This document shows, one piece after another, positions 24,850 through 37,471 of a DNA stretch of 64,000 nucleotides. A model generated the notes under the pieces. The model did not search any database, was not told the origin of the DNA, and saw nothing but the letters and a program-made list of their open reading frames with translations. The first letter of the stretch is position 1, and every line of letters starts with the position of its first letter. The position numbers and the translations under genes were made by a program. This DNA is from Lama glama (Eukaryota): assembly GCA_028534125.1 (NCBI GenBank), contig CM052816.1, forward strand, positions 56,670,001-56,734,000, written 5' to 3'.

Positions 24850-24998
24850 GTGTATTAGCTATGTTAGGTAGATTTTTCAATTTCTCTGAGATCACAATAG
24901 CACCTACCTCAAAGGGTTGTGTGAGGATTCAACGAGCTAATACACAAAACTTTTGGAAGGGTACCTAACTCGCAGATTCTAAGCCATCATTATTGTTG
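24850..24998 (+). mobile_element. MIR fragment
   Basis: aatagcacctacctcaaagggttgtgtgaggattcaacgagctaata. Confidence 0.75.
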
Positions 24999-26204
24999 TT
25001 GCTGGCGTTGCTGTTTCTGGGCAAGTGCAATGGCCTTCATTTGCCATCACCATGGTGCTTCGTGGTCCACACTCAGGTGACCTGCTGTCTTGTAGCCAAC
25101 AGCAATGGCTGCACTCCCAGAGCATTAATATTCTGAGGGTTCTTAAAAACTGGGGTCAACATTCAGTTACATTTCATCACACTGAGAAAAGGTTGCTTTC
25201 ATTTGTGCACGTACTCACAGCACCTCTGCCATCACCACACTCTCAGAGCCAATTCGAGTCAGTGAATTACCCAAAGACAAAGTTAGTGAGATCTTCTGAC
25301 ATCATCATTTTCTAGAAAGTACAGACTAGCTAGAGAGGCAGAGACACAAATAAGATGACTCCTTTCATGCGCTTCTCAACCCCAAGGGGAATGCCAGGGG
25401 CCCCACTCTCTCCCACCCTCTTAAAGGAGATCTTACTTTGTCTTATGTATGTTTGTTTTTAAACCCTGGGTCTCAGCATTGTTGGCAGCATCCTAGGAAA
25501 ATCATCTTGGTTTATCCCTCTACTTCTAGCCAAAATTTTATCAAAACCATCCCAGGCTAGCTGGGGAGTCACTCTACCCAGAGGGACCCACCTGAGCCCG
25601 GCAAGAAGCCCACCGCCCGCATTTCCTCTGCTCTGCCCTCACAGGGAACCGGGGCTGCACTGACGGGCCAATAATGGGCAAGGCTGGTAGGAGAGGTGGG
25701 CATGGAGTTTGGGCAGAGGAAGAACTGTTCTAAAAGGTGAGCCACACGAGCCACCCACTCCCACCGGCACTCCCAGCTGAGAGAGTGAGTGTTGGAGCGT
25801 CGATAAAGAGGGGCAGGTATCTTCTGGAAAAAAAGGTACTTAGACTGCTTGACCTTTAGCATCACATTCAGCTACAAACTTCTAGGACTCAGGGGTCTGG
25901 GGGCCTTGGTGACATCCCTCCCCATAAGTTCCATTCTAAATTCCCAGGGCCACCATCCACTAATACACTCTACCCCAGGACAGACAGTGCTGGGCTGCAA
26001 AAACACAAAAGCACATCAGGGGACAGCCTGCCTTGTACCTGCCAAACGGAGTGTCCATCATGAATGCCTTCACAACACAATCCAGGGTACCACAGGGACT
26101 GAATCTGATTTATAGCTACCTGCCTGGATAATAAGGCCATTGCATAGGAACCACGTTTAATTCAGTCTTTTGCATAATACAAATTAATTGTAATAGCCAC
26201 AGAG

Positions 26205-26452
26205 AAACCAGCCAGCTTTTAATGCATGGGGATTCCGTATCAGGCAACTAAGCTCTTCGCCTGCATTATCTCATTAAACCCTTGCAATAACCTTCTGAGG
26301 TAAGATGTACTAGCCCCAGAGTGCGTATGAGGACACTGAGGTCAGGTTCAAGGAGGCTCAGTAACATGCCCAAGGTCATCCAGCCAATATATGACACAAG
26401 GAAGGCAAAACCTGAACCAGGTTTCTGCTTCCCTAGTGAAGCTCCTTAATTC
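26205..26452 (-). mobile_element. MIR SINE, near full length
   Basis: tgcattatctcattaaacccttgcaataaccttctgaggta...atgaggacactgagg...agtaacatgcccaaggtca. Confidence 0.85.
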
Positions 26453-27744
26453 TTAAGTGCCTGGGTTGCAGGCTCCTTGGGGACACACATCACTCTGGGC
26501 CCCTGTCTCAGCCCCCAGCACAGAGCTGAGCCCCTTGCTAGAACTTTACACACCTCTCTCGATTGGCCTTTCCCGCCGATGAGGTCTGCAGAGCTTCACA
26601 CCAGATGGCCAGCAGCTGCCCCGTCCCTTTCTAGCTCCACCCCACCTTACTGTTCTTGTCACCACATCAGCCATGACTACTGGATACCAGACAAAAGCAA
26701 GAACTATTAGTTTTGGAAGGCATCACAGGTATGAAGTGAATTCAGAGAATTTGGCTCTCAGCCTGCTGAAACTTGAGGCATCAAGCAGGCACATGTTGTT
26801 CAAGTTTGGGGATTTTTCTAGAGATGCGTGGCCCCCTTAGCTTCTGTTCCACATTCTTCGGGTGCTTGGCTGGATGTTCAAGTTATAGCATTAAGCTTAA
26901 CTTTCCAGCCTTGATAACATCCCAGAGCTGTGAGATGGACCAAGGTACTTGGTAATTCATCTTCCTCGAGATGTTCACAGCTCGGTAAGCATGCCTTCAT
27001 TATCACAGAAATCACTTTAATGTTTAACAAACAGTTCTGGCACCTTCTCCGCATTCATGTTTCCCATTTTCACCTAACCTGTTATGAGACATGCGATGTG
27101 TATACAAATCAGCTATTCATGCAGAGATGATTTTTCACTGCCTCTGAGAAAAGACGTTCAGGTTTCCGATTCTTTTAGGAGAGAGGTTTCCCATTCCTCA
27201 ACAGGCTCTGTGTTCTGACTCTGAGTAGTTATACCCCCAGCATGGAAGTTATACCCACTTCTATTCAAGATCCATGAGGGTTTCCCTGAGTAGTGACACA
27301 GCTACTTTGCAGGTGTGTAACACTACCTGCCCCAGGTTGATAGTGTGTGGTTGCTGTTTCCTGTGGGTTACTACGTCACGTGAGTGTGGTCCCTTCCATT
27401 AGATTGCAGGGATTTGCCAGTTTCTTCTATTTCTTTTGTGTGTCTCCCACACTTTGTGCTGTGCCCCCTGTTAACTCTATAAATGCGTGGTAATTTGGGG
27501 CACCAGGATATCAGGTTTCTTTGAAAATATCCTACCAAGGACCCACCAGATAGCCACAGACAAGGTGTCCTAAAAAAAAAAAAAAGCAAAAATACATAGC
27601 CTGCTCCTTTTTTGCAGGTTGCCTGCAATTGAGTTGGATAAGATTTTATAGATGAAATAATAAACAATGTAAGTTAGCATGGTAGAACCATGGCGTTCTC
27701 CAAGGTGCAATTTTAATGAGCTTCCTCATGACAGAAGATACACT

Positions 27745-27936
27745 GTGGCAACCAGCCAAGTCGTCCAGGCATGCACACAGAGCTTATCCTACACGTTGTT
27801 GGCTTACAGAGTGTTTAAAAATTTAGAAATTAGCTGCCAAAAATTTGTAAAAATAGACCATATCACACTATCTGTTTCCAGCATCCCTTTTAGAAAATCA
27901 AATATGTTTCTCTTTTTGGAAAACAGGCAGTGCTGA
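27745..27936. mobile_element. MER102-like hAT-Charlie fragment
   Basis: ttggcttacagagtgtttaaaaatttagaaattagctgccaaaaattt...tttccagcatccctttagaaaatca. Confidence 0.55.
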
Positions 27937-28259
27937 ATCTGTATTCCCATCCCAGGATCTCCCAGGCTGGGGTATGAAGCCTCCACTTCTCCACAGTACC
28001 CTCATTTCCTGCTTTTTCTCCAGCACTAAGAGTTCAGCTAACATTTATTATCCTTTTCACTCTTAAAATTCGAGGGGTTTTCTTTTCAAAAATCAAGAAT
28101 GTAGACTGCATTTTTTCAAAAAGTGGGTTGGAGGGTACATTTTTAATGCAAAGGAAGACCGTGATAACGTGTTAAAACAGGAAAAAGTGTGTCTGAGTGA
28201 AGTAACACAGCTTAATGTTTCATTATAAAAAGAAATGTAAGAACTGTGACCAGTGAACT

Positions 28260-28607
28260 GGTCAAGAATACATTCAGCTGCAAGTAACAGAAAACTCAAC
28301 AAGGTTGGCTTAAATATGTATGAGGATCAACAGCTCCACAAAGCTATCAGAGACACAGTCTCCTTCCATCTTTCTGTTTTTCCATCTTTTGTACAGTTTT
28401 CATGGTCACAGTTGAAAAGCATTTTGCACATTTCAGGGAGCAAGGAAGGCAGAGAGAGAAAAGGCAGCCCTCCCCAGTGCCCATGGGCCAGGACTTTGTC
28501 ACACATTTAGAGTTGCAAGGAAACTGGGAAATCAAGTTTCAGCCTCTAGAAGTGAGAAAGAGAAGGGAGCAGGGGGTTCCAGAGAGACCTTCAATGTTAT
28601 CGCCACA
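28260..28607 (-). mobile_element. MLT1J/I-type LTR
   Basis: ttcagctgcaagtaacagaaaactcaac..tggcttaaa...tccttccatctttctg...gggccaggactttgtcaca...tgcaaggaaactgggaaat...gccaca end. Confidence 0.8.
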
Positions 28608-30804
28608 GTCAATGTATGGAAAGCTCTGTCGGAAGAGACAGAAATGGAAATGCCAATAGAGCACATTGATGAGCTCTTCCTTCTTCACTCATTTGCACGG
28701 CCCTGTCAGTATCTGAGGTTGCAGTCCTTGGTTCATGACCCACTGTCATTTTTATGAATGCAAACTTGAATCATTTATGGTAGGAGCCTGGTATACAGAG
28801 GAACCACTTCACTGGATACCGGAGCCCCGTGTAACCCACAGCATCCTCCTGAGATCTGGGCTTTGCCTCCCTGTCAGGGCCCGTGCAGTAATGTTGGTAA
28901 AATCATAAAATTTTATTTCTTTGTAAGAAATGGCCTTGAAATGAAAGCTAACCAGCTTTATAAGTAACTTAAGTCCTATATTTATAGAGTCATTAAGGCT
29001 CTAAAGGAACACTTAAATTTTTCTACCACATTTTTACTGCATTGTGTGAGGGATATTATTATGTTATAATAATATTTGCAATTCTGGGGATTCGCTAAGG
29101 CTTTAGAACATATCTTTAGTGAATTCCGGGGGCCTCCTGTGTGTAATAAAATGCTAACTGCCCCGGAGATCAAAGTGATCCCCTCAGGCAATCAGGGGAG
29201 GGATTAACATGGGCCGGACTGATCAGGAAGACTTGCGCCATTCACTGCTGGAGTCAATGGACACACAGGCAAACTCAGTTAAAGTGATAGGTTCCTTTTT
29301 CAAGACTATAGCAACATCTCAATCACCTAGAATTCAGACATCTAATAATTTTCTCTGTCTAGAACATTGCAGAGAAACACTGAAACAAGCACAAAAGTCT
29401 CCTAGAATAGCCCAAAGAGATCTAAAGTCCATGTGCTGAAATGTGAATGTTTATTCCTAAGAAAACCTCAGAGATCACGAACACTTGCTTTACATAAAAG
29501 TTCACAAAGACGAGTTATCTGGTCTCAGTCTGAAGTTAAGTAGGAATGGCTGATTTAAAGAGAAAGCATAGAAGTAGACCTACTGAGAGAGGCAAGAAGT
29601 TACACCAACGGAATGACAGCAGGGAAGAATACAAGAAATATTCTAAAAATCAGAAATCCAAAGACATCACCACCCAGAACCATCATCTAAAGAAGGCCAG
29701 TCTTGGATCTGTACAATAATGGTGTTTTTTAACCCTCATTCTGACTTACCAAAAAAAGTTAATTTGTGTTGAGCATCACTGTTTAGTATGTTAGAGAAAT
29801 GTTTATTTCAAAAAGAGATTTTCATTTAAATGATTAAATATGTTTTCAATCTCAAAGGGAATAAGTTCCCGTTATCTGGAAAATTCTAATTGGGGAGGAC
29901 TCAATTCCCTAATACTGCTGGAGAGATGTGACCTCATTGTATCTATAGAGTGGGGTTATGTGTCTATGTTCAGCTTGTAAAAAACATGAGAAAACGTTCA
30001 GGAGATAATGGATTATAATTTTAAAAAGAATGGTTGAGTCAAGCTGTAAATATTGCCGTACTTGAACACAGAATGAAATAAACATGCTCAAGGATATTTA
30101 TTGACCTTCACTAACTCCTTAAGTCAATGTGACTCTAATACAAATTGCCTCCAAAGCATTCCAAACCCCCCTCCCTCTCATATCCAACACAGGCAGGACT
30201 GGACAATACAAGACAGAAAACAGAACAACCCAGGTACGATGCTCATTAGCCACAGGCACATGGAACACTCAAGCATGTTTTAGGGACTGTGGTCCAGCTG
30301 GACCACAGTACTGAGACGCATCACTTCCAGTAGAGAAGTATCGAGTAACAGTCTCAAAAATCAGGCCCTTCAACAATTTTTCTTCTGTTCAATAAACTTG
30401 CTGCCAAAAAGGGTATACATTATATGGTGAGTGACACTTCAGCAGGAAACAATATAGAGCTACCTGGCAGTTGGTTCTTCTCATATTTTGACGGGGAGTG
30501 CTTTCTCCTCCCACTCAAATGGAGGAAGGGGCTGGACTTGACCGACTGCTCTCCTGGCTGGGTTGGGTAGCAGTCACCTCAGCACTGGGGCCGACAGCGA
30601 GGGAAGGAACACTGCTCTGGAGGCCATGAGAAAAAGAGGCAGCAAGCATCTAGTCTGCGTCTGCAAGTCTCAGCGTTTGCAGGGAAATCAAGGTTTTTAG
30701 AGCACATCCGGAGATTAAAAGGTTAGAGACAGGTCAAGAAGGTGTCTGAGGCTGAAAACGAAAGCCCCTTCTTTCTGCTATCAACCTTGACTCTCAAACT
30801 AGCA

Positions 30805-31033
30805 CCATCATTATCATGCTTATTACATCACCTTCCACTTTTTCCATATGAAGCCCTATTCCAAGCATTCTATGTACACACAAGCTCTTATTTCATCCTA
30901 TGAGGTAGCTGTTACTGTCCCATTTTCACTGCTAAAAAAATGGAAGAGTAAGTAGAGACTCGCACAAGTGGTACAAAACAGTAGGGGGATTTGAACCCAG
31001 GCGTCTGACCCCAGAGCCCATAGCTTAAACACT
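30805..31033 (-). mobile_element. MIR SINE
   Basis: cctatgaggtagctgttactgtcccatttt...ggatttgaacccaggcgtctgaccccagagccca. Confidence 0.85.
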
Positions 31034-32691
31034 GATCGTGTCACCCAACAACCCCTTCCGTGGAGTGAGCCTCAAGGGTAGAAATGGAGGAGTTCTAACC
31101 CTTTGTGGCTCAGATTCTGGTCTGTGTTGCTCTCTGGCCTCCTGGACTTCCCAGCTAATATTCCAACTCCTGCAATCTGCCAAGTCTCCTCTCACAGCTG
31201 CACCCGAGTTGTGGCACTACAACGCATTCATGTAGTTATACCTCAAAGAAGGCAAGAAGGACTGAACTGTAGGGGAAGGGCTTTCCTTGAATTTATCTTT
31301 AAACATGTATCAAGATCAACTGCCTAGTCCTAGAGCCCCAGGTATTAAAAGGCCCCAGGTGAGGTGACACTTTGCAGTTTCCTATTAGCCACCTCTCAAT
31401 CTCAGATACATCTACTCAGGTCCTTTATATCTTCCCATAAAACTGATCGGTTTCTCTCTTGCTAAAATCTTTCAGCATCACTTTCCTTTGCGTTCTTGTT
31501 CCCAGATCTTTAAAAATGTCTGTCCCTTTACTTAGTCGGCCCGTGGAGATGAAGTCAAATGCTTGGGCTAGCCAGGAGGAAGAGACGTTCCATAAGGAGG
31601 GAGGAAAAGTGGGTGCACCCCATTCTGTCCCTCCCACAGGCACCACTTTTGCTTAGGGTAAAAGGAAGACCCTATACATTTTCCGTCTCAGTTAAAACTG
31701 TGGAAATCAACTTTCACCTCCTTTGGGGTTGCTTCTTTTGCCTGGTTGGTGGTTTCCTCTGAGAACTAAGCTTTTAAGTGATTTGCATGCTTGGGTAGCC
31801 AACAGAATCACATTCCTGCATCTACCCACCCTTTCTCTTTCCTCACTCACCAGCAAACCCCTTTTACCATAGCCGTTCTTTCCCTGAAACCATACCCACC
31901 AGCTTCTCATGGCCTTTGCCAGAGTTGCCCACTCTTTGAAGATCTCCTTCCTACTCATGGGAACTGAAGACAGCCAGCAGTTTCCCACCTGCTCCAAACT
32001 TATCACCACCACCTTCATCAACTGCCCTGCCCCAGCCCACACGCTGGGTGGGATTAAGGGAGGGGAGGTGGGTCAGCTGGAGTCTAGAACTGAAAAGTGG
32101 CTGGTGTGGAAAACTGGGAACTCAGGGAACATCAAGGTCAGCCCCAAGGTGAAGAGCTGCCCGGGCAGGGCTGGGCGTGAGAGCAAGAGCCAGAAGCCCC
32201 AGGGGGTTAAACTGAGAGAAGGAGTGCAGAGGCCCGGCATGAGTGAGAGGTGGGAACCAGCAGAGGCGTTGAGTCACGCGGAGCAACCTAACGCCCAGGG
32301 CCAATCCACAGGAGGAGCCAGGTCAAGACAAGTCATGACAGGACAAGCATGGGATTGAGGTGAATCCAAGGACAGGAGTCGGGAGCCAGAAACAGGGCAG
32401 AGTTGAAGGGAGGACAGAAGGAACCACGTGTGAAAACAAGATGGGGTGGGGGTGGGGGCATATGGTATGATATCCAAGGGCTGAGTTTAAATTTCACCAC
32501 TTAAACATCCCAACCATATTTTGTGTCTGTTCATTCTAGAAGCATACCTAGGTTCATGCACTGAAAAGCCAAGTGGCTTCTGATCTGAGACACTGTTTCA
32601 GCAGATGCTAAGGACAATTGAGTCCAATGTCCCCCAGCATAGACCATTCCTCTGCTAATTAGTTAGGGGCAGACCTGGTCTCAAGCCCGTT

Positions 32692-32772
32692 TTGCTGGTT
32701 AAAATGAAGTTGACCTACTATTTGGTTGGTTTTGACGCACAAAATGACAATTTCATATGGTTCAATTTAATG
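32692..32772. mobile_element. MADE2-like mariner MITE
   Basis: ttttgacgcacaaaatgacaatttcatatggttcaatttaa matches the MADE2 terminal inverted repeat as I recall it. Confidence 0.65.
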
Positions 32773-32794
32773 TCACAAGAGCATAGACAGTTTA

Positions 32795-32940
32795 CATCAT
32801 TTTTCCAAGCCTCAGTTTTCTTTCTGTGAAATGGAAATGACACCTACACCATGCCGTAGTGATTAGATGAAGCCACAGATTTTAAGGTGTTTGGTATAAT
32901 GTCTCACACCTGGAAGTGCTTACTAAGTATTAGCTATTAC
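32795..32940 (+). mobile_element. MIR 3' half
   Basis: gcctcagttttctttctgtgaaatggaaatga..cctac...gattagatga...taagtattagctatta. Confidence 0.7.
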
Positions 32941-34239
32941 CCCTAGTTTTCAGGAATAAACATTGCAGAATTAAATTTGGTAGTTACAGGCTCAGAACAC
33001 TCACTCAGCAGGTAGTCCTAGATACACGTAAAGTGCTTTTGATGCCCTGCAGTACAGGGCCCACCAAGAGCGGTTCTGTCTAGATCTAACTCACATGGCA
33101 GTGGAGCACATGTTTAAAACCATCCCTGGTCTTTGAACACAGCCAGTGGTTGAATGAGTCCATCCATCACTGGATGACTTTGAGCAAATCACTCAGCCTT
33201 TCTGAACTCATAAGGGTTATCTGAGGATAATAACCACACCTGCAGAAATACGGCCTGTGACATGTTAGGAAAACGGATGGCATGTCCTGAGCAATCAATG
33301 GATGGCAGCCTTTACTTGCTGATCAGATCTCAATTCTGACCCAGGCCTGGTCACAAATTCCAGGTCCCAGCACGAAACCACAGCATCTTTTGTGCGGGAA
33401 GGAGAAGGACAAGCATGCTCTCCTATCTTTCATCTATTTACCTTTCTCCCACCCCGATTCTAGGGCTTGTCTTGCCTGGAGGTCCTGGATTCACGGCACT
33501 GCCAGCCATTGGCCAGTTCAGTTAGGTGGCTGGTTATTTCATGGCAGGCAAATCTGGGAGGCGGTTCGGCTGGGTCTTAAAACAGCTCTTCTCTTTCCTG
33601 TGGCTTCTGAGTTTCAGAGGCTGGAGAATTGTTGGCAGGTGGGGATTTTCTCATTCAAAATAAAACAGCTTGTTTTAATTGAAAAAAGACGTGTTAGGTT
33701 CCCGGGACATCATATGGCTCTTAGGGGACGATTAATTGGCTTCAGCAGAAGGGTCACACAGAAGTGAAGGGAGAACATCTCCCACATGCAGATGGGTCCC
33801 AGGGCTTGGTGCAAAGAGCCCACCAAGGACACACTGGGTAGAGTTGAGGCCACAAGGTCTGCAGGCGTCGGGCTGAGCCCGGTCGGCCGGCTGCTTTTCC
33901 CAGGGGAAGACTAAGCAGTACCAACCCCCCTGCCGCCAGATGACATGTTGCTACCGGGAATCGCGTTATGTCATCTCGAGAAAAATCTGCACAAACACGC
34001 CAGCTTTCTTCGGTAAAATCAAAGTCCCACTCGTCTCTTTCATCTTCCCGGCTCTACGCCGCCCGGGCTCCCAAGTTGCCACCTGTGGCTCACTCTGCCT
34101 TGAGGTCTGCAGAGCTTATCAGCTCAGGTAGTCTGATTCTAGAAACCAGGCTCATAACCAGCGACTTCGCACTGTGTTTTGCATTCACCTTAGATCTGTT
34201 AAGGCCAACTGGTTCTACTGATCCTATTTAAACTATTTC

Positions 34240-34927
34240 TTTAAAGGAGCAGGACCCTCTGAAGCCTTCCCAGGACAGAACCCCCCCTCCCTTGTCCTCC
34301 ACCTGCCTCTTGTCTGTAGAAAAACTTTAGCCAGAGAATAAGCTAGAGACTCAAACGAGACAGAAATGATAGTTTAGCCATTATTAAACAAAGCCACGGA
34401 CTTTAGTTCCTCCTCCAGGGCTGTAGGTAATATTCTTAGCCATATCCTTTGAGCTGTTCTGCAGACACAAACCTCCATCAGGTGAAAGTTAAACTACATC
34501 TGTAGTTAACAAGAAGTTAACTACATCTTGACCAGACTGTAGCCATGACATTAGCTGTTCCATCTTGCATGATTTCAAGAATTGGCCTCAAAGAAATGGC
34601 AACAAACCAACCCTGAAGTTAAAGATTAACTGTACTTAAATCAAGATGGCTTTGAGGAGCCACCACATGACCAATTTCAAGATGACTGTCAGAGCCAACT
34701 GTGCTGTTCTGCACACAGGCTCCTAGCCCCAGCTCATGCATCCCCGAAATTCCTTTTTTAAAGCTCTTGTTGCCTGATGGGCAAGCGGGAGTTGGTTCTT
34801 TAGGATGAGTTCACTTTCTCCCCAGGACTGTGGCCTCTTCAAAAAAAAGCTCTTTCCTTCTATCCAACACTTGTCTCTCATTATTGAGTTCTTGAGAGAT
34901 GAGCAGCTGAATCTGAGTTCGGTAACA
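34240..34927 (+). mobile_element. ERV1-class solo LTR (~690 bp) with 4-bp TSD
   Basis: Ends gagcagctgaatctgagttcggtaACA. TSD tttc at 34236-34239 and 34928-34931. The 5' dinucleotide is TT rather than TG. Internal duplicated motif aagtta(a)actacatct. Confidence 0.85.
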
Positions 34928-37132
34928 TTTCTACAAAACACAGAAAATGACATGGCTGTTTCTTCCTCTGAGGCTAGGATTCTCTGTGGCACGTTCTAGC
35001 TGACAAACTCCCATCTCCTAGTTTGGGATGAATTAATAAACCTTCAATGACTTCTCTTCTGCACCCCCAATGTTTAGTTGACACCTTCAGATTGCTCCCC
35101 CCTGGAGGAATATTTTGAAACTTCAATTAACTCAGTTGAATGGATTGGAGGCGAAATGCCTACCTTGGTGGCATAAACCCTAACACTGCATGAGTAGGGC
35201 CAGCAAGGAAGTTCCACTCACTGGCCTTATGCCAGCCCCACCCTCAGTGCCAATCTATAACTCGATGTTGTCCACATGAGTCCATCAGCAGGCTTGTCAG
35301 TGGCAGTGGTGGGGATTCCACCATCCCCCAAAGCCCTTTCTTTCTTTGCAGACAAGGTTGGAGCAAAGGGTAGGAGAGTCCTGCCCCAGGGTGCGGCAGG
35401 AGGCTGCCCGCCAGCATGCAGACCCTTTGGGAGTTAGCACAGTTTCTTCAACAAGGGTGGCGGAACTTTGTCTCTCATTAAGCTGCCTGAAGTCATCTCT
35501 TGATGGATCCTGGGGCCGGGTGGGGGGAGGGTGGGGAATCAAGAAGGAAAGTTTATTTTCAGACTCAGCTTAACAGCAACCAACTTAAGCACCTAAAAAA
35601 TGGTAGGTATTTCTCCAAGGAGCAAATTAAGGTAAATACCCCAAGACTTATTCCACATTGATCTGTTTAGAAAGTGCCCAATTAGGATAATATACACCAC
35701 ACTTCAGGGACCAAAGGGACTCTTTTGCTTCCCTCTTTTTTGCTACTGTTGATACTCCAGGTTTCTAGGGAAATAATACACATATTTTTCACATGTTCAG
35801 GAGCAGCATACCCTCTCGGAGGAAGTACCAGGAGCCGTATTTGGCGGCACAGTATCACCCCGATCTGGGGAGTCAATGGCTTAAGAGGCAGAACTGAAGT
35901 TAATTTAGAGCAAAGAATGGGACCTGATTAAAAGGACAAGTCTCGCTGTCAGTCAAATTTGTGTCGAGTGATGTGACTCTTAGGACAGCCCTTTTGTGCC
36001 TTTATCTGTTCAGCAAAATGAAATGAGCATCTACTTTTTCCGAAGGAAAACTAAGGGGTCCCTTGTCTGTTGATTTTTCTCGGGCTTTTAGATCAATGTC
36101 CTCCAGAGTGGATTCATTCCCAAAGGATTTAAAAGCATCTTGGGGTCGATCCTCAAGTTTGGAGTCCTTTACAAGCCTTGCTTCATGACTCTTCAGTGAC
36201 AGAGTGAGCTTCACTATTAGACCATTTTACAGATGGGGAAGACGGAAGCCCGGGAGTATGGGGGTACCCAAGAAGGGTCGGAGGCCTGCTCTCAGTCTCG
36301 GCCTCTTCCCCTCAGCCCTCTGATCATCCTGCGCCTCATGGCAAAGTAGTCAGCACACCCTTCCCCAAACAGATGACAAGTTCCCAAGTGAGGGTGGATT
36401 GGTTTAGCTATCCCACCTGAGCTTTTGGACCCTCCCATATTTGGCAGGTCAAAGCTGGCCCCACCCACTTAACAGAACCAGTTTTTCTTGTCAGCCAACA
36501 AGGCAGGTGTGTCTAAAGCACATCAGGAAACTGAAGACGGTAACCACCAGGGTCTTTGACACGTGAAATGCCTACCAGAGTCTCCCATCCATTATCAAGA
36601 TTAATATGAGCAGAAAAAAAGCAGCATTTGGATGACTTTTGGTATCTGCAATGCAAATTCCTGCAGTGCAAATGCAGAAGGGGCCTCACCTCCTTTGCTT
36701 TGGGCCAGGAGCAGATCATTTATTAACCCCTCGCCATGAAAAGCACAGCAGAGCCCTCATTATCTCATATCCATGCTTTCCAAATCAATCAGCTCCCTGC
36801 TCCACTGCTGGGCTCTTTAATTTAAATGTCAGCTAAAGTTAGAGTGTGCTTTATGAAAATGTCAGAGCCTCTCGTTAACTTCGGTTCTGTGTCGGTCCAT
36901 CACTTTTCAGTTGACGAAGTTGAGGAAATGACTTCTCTCAGAACGCTTGCGCTAAGGTTCCTCTTTGAAGCTTTAGGACACTCTCCTTAAAAATCTGAAC
37001 TCTGGTTTAAAAAAAAGGTGCTTCAAATACCAGTATCTATAAATAGTCACATCTCAGAATGTATGAAAGTTTTCTAAATGCTTTCCCACATTTGAATCCA
37101 CGTTATGAATATTCTAAAGAGCTGGAATTCGA

Positions 37133-37315
37133 CTGGCATTTCTCAGTGGGCTTTTGGAGGGCGACAACTGTCCTTCCAGGACTGTCCCACCCACCATAGC
37201 AGCTGAGCTTCCCTGCTCCTCCTCGCCACTAAATGCTAGTAACTGAAGCAACCAAAAGGCCTTCTACTCAGTTTCAAATGCCTCGCAGGCCGCAGTCTGC
37301 TCCAGTTGAGATGAG
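37133..37315. mobile_element. MER20B-like hAT-Charlie MITE
   Basis: ggactgtcccac...ccactaaatgctagta...caaccaaaa...tttcaaatgcc...ccagttgaga. Confidence 0.65.
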
Positions 37316-37371
37316 AGTCAACCAGAAATTTCAAAACCCTCATACCAGACAAAACCCAACCAAAATGCTTG

Positions 37372-37471
37372 NNNNNNNNNNNNNNNNNNNNNNNNNNNNN
37401 NNNNNNNNNNNNNNNNNNNNNNNNNNNNNNNNNNNNNNNNNNNNNNNNNNNNNNNNNNNNNNNNNNNNNNN
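37372..37471. other. Assembly gap (100 N)
   Basis: Run of n. Confidence 1.

Noticed and set aside
36002..36214. Protein-like minus-strand ORF (SHEARLVKDSKLEDRPQ...) as an exon
   Set aside because: It lies downstream of the ARHGEF28 stop and poly(A) signals, has weak splice sites, and I recognise no homology.
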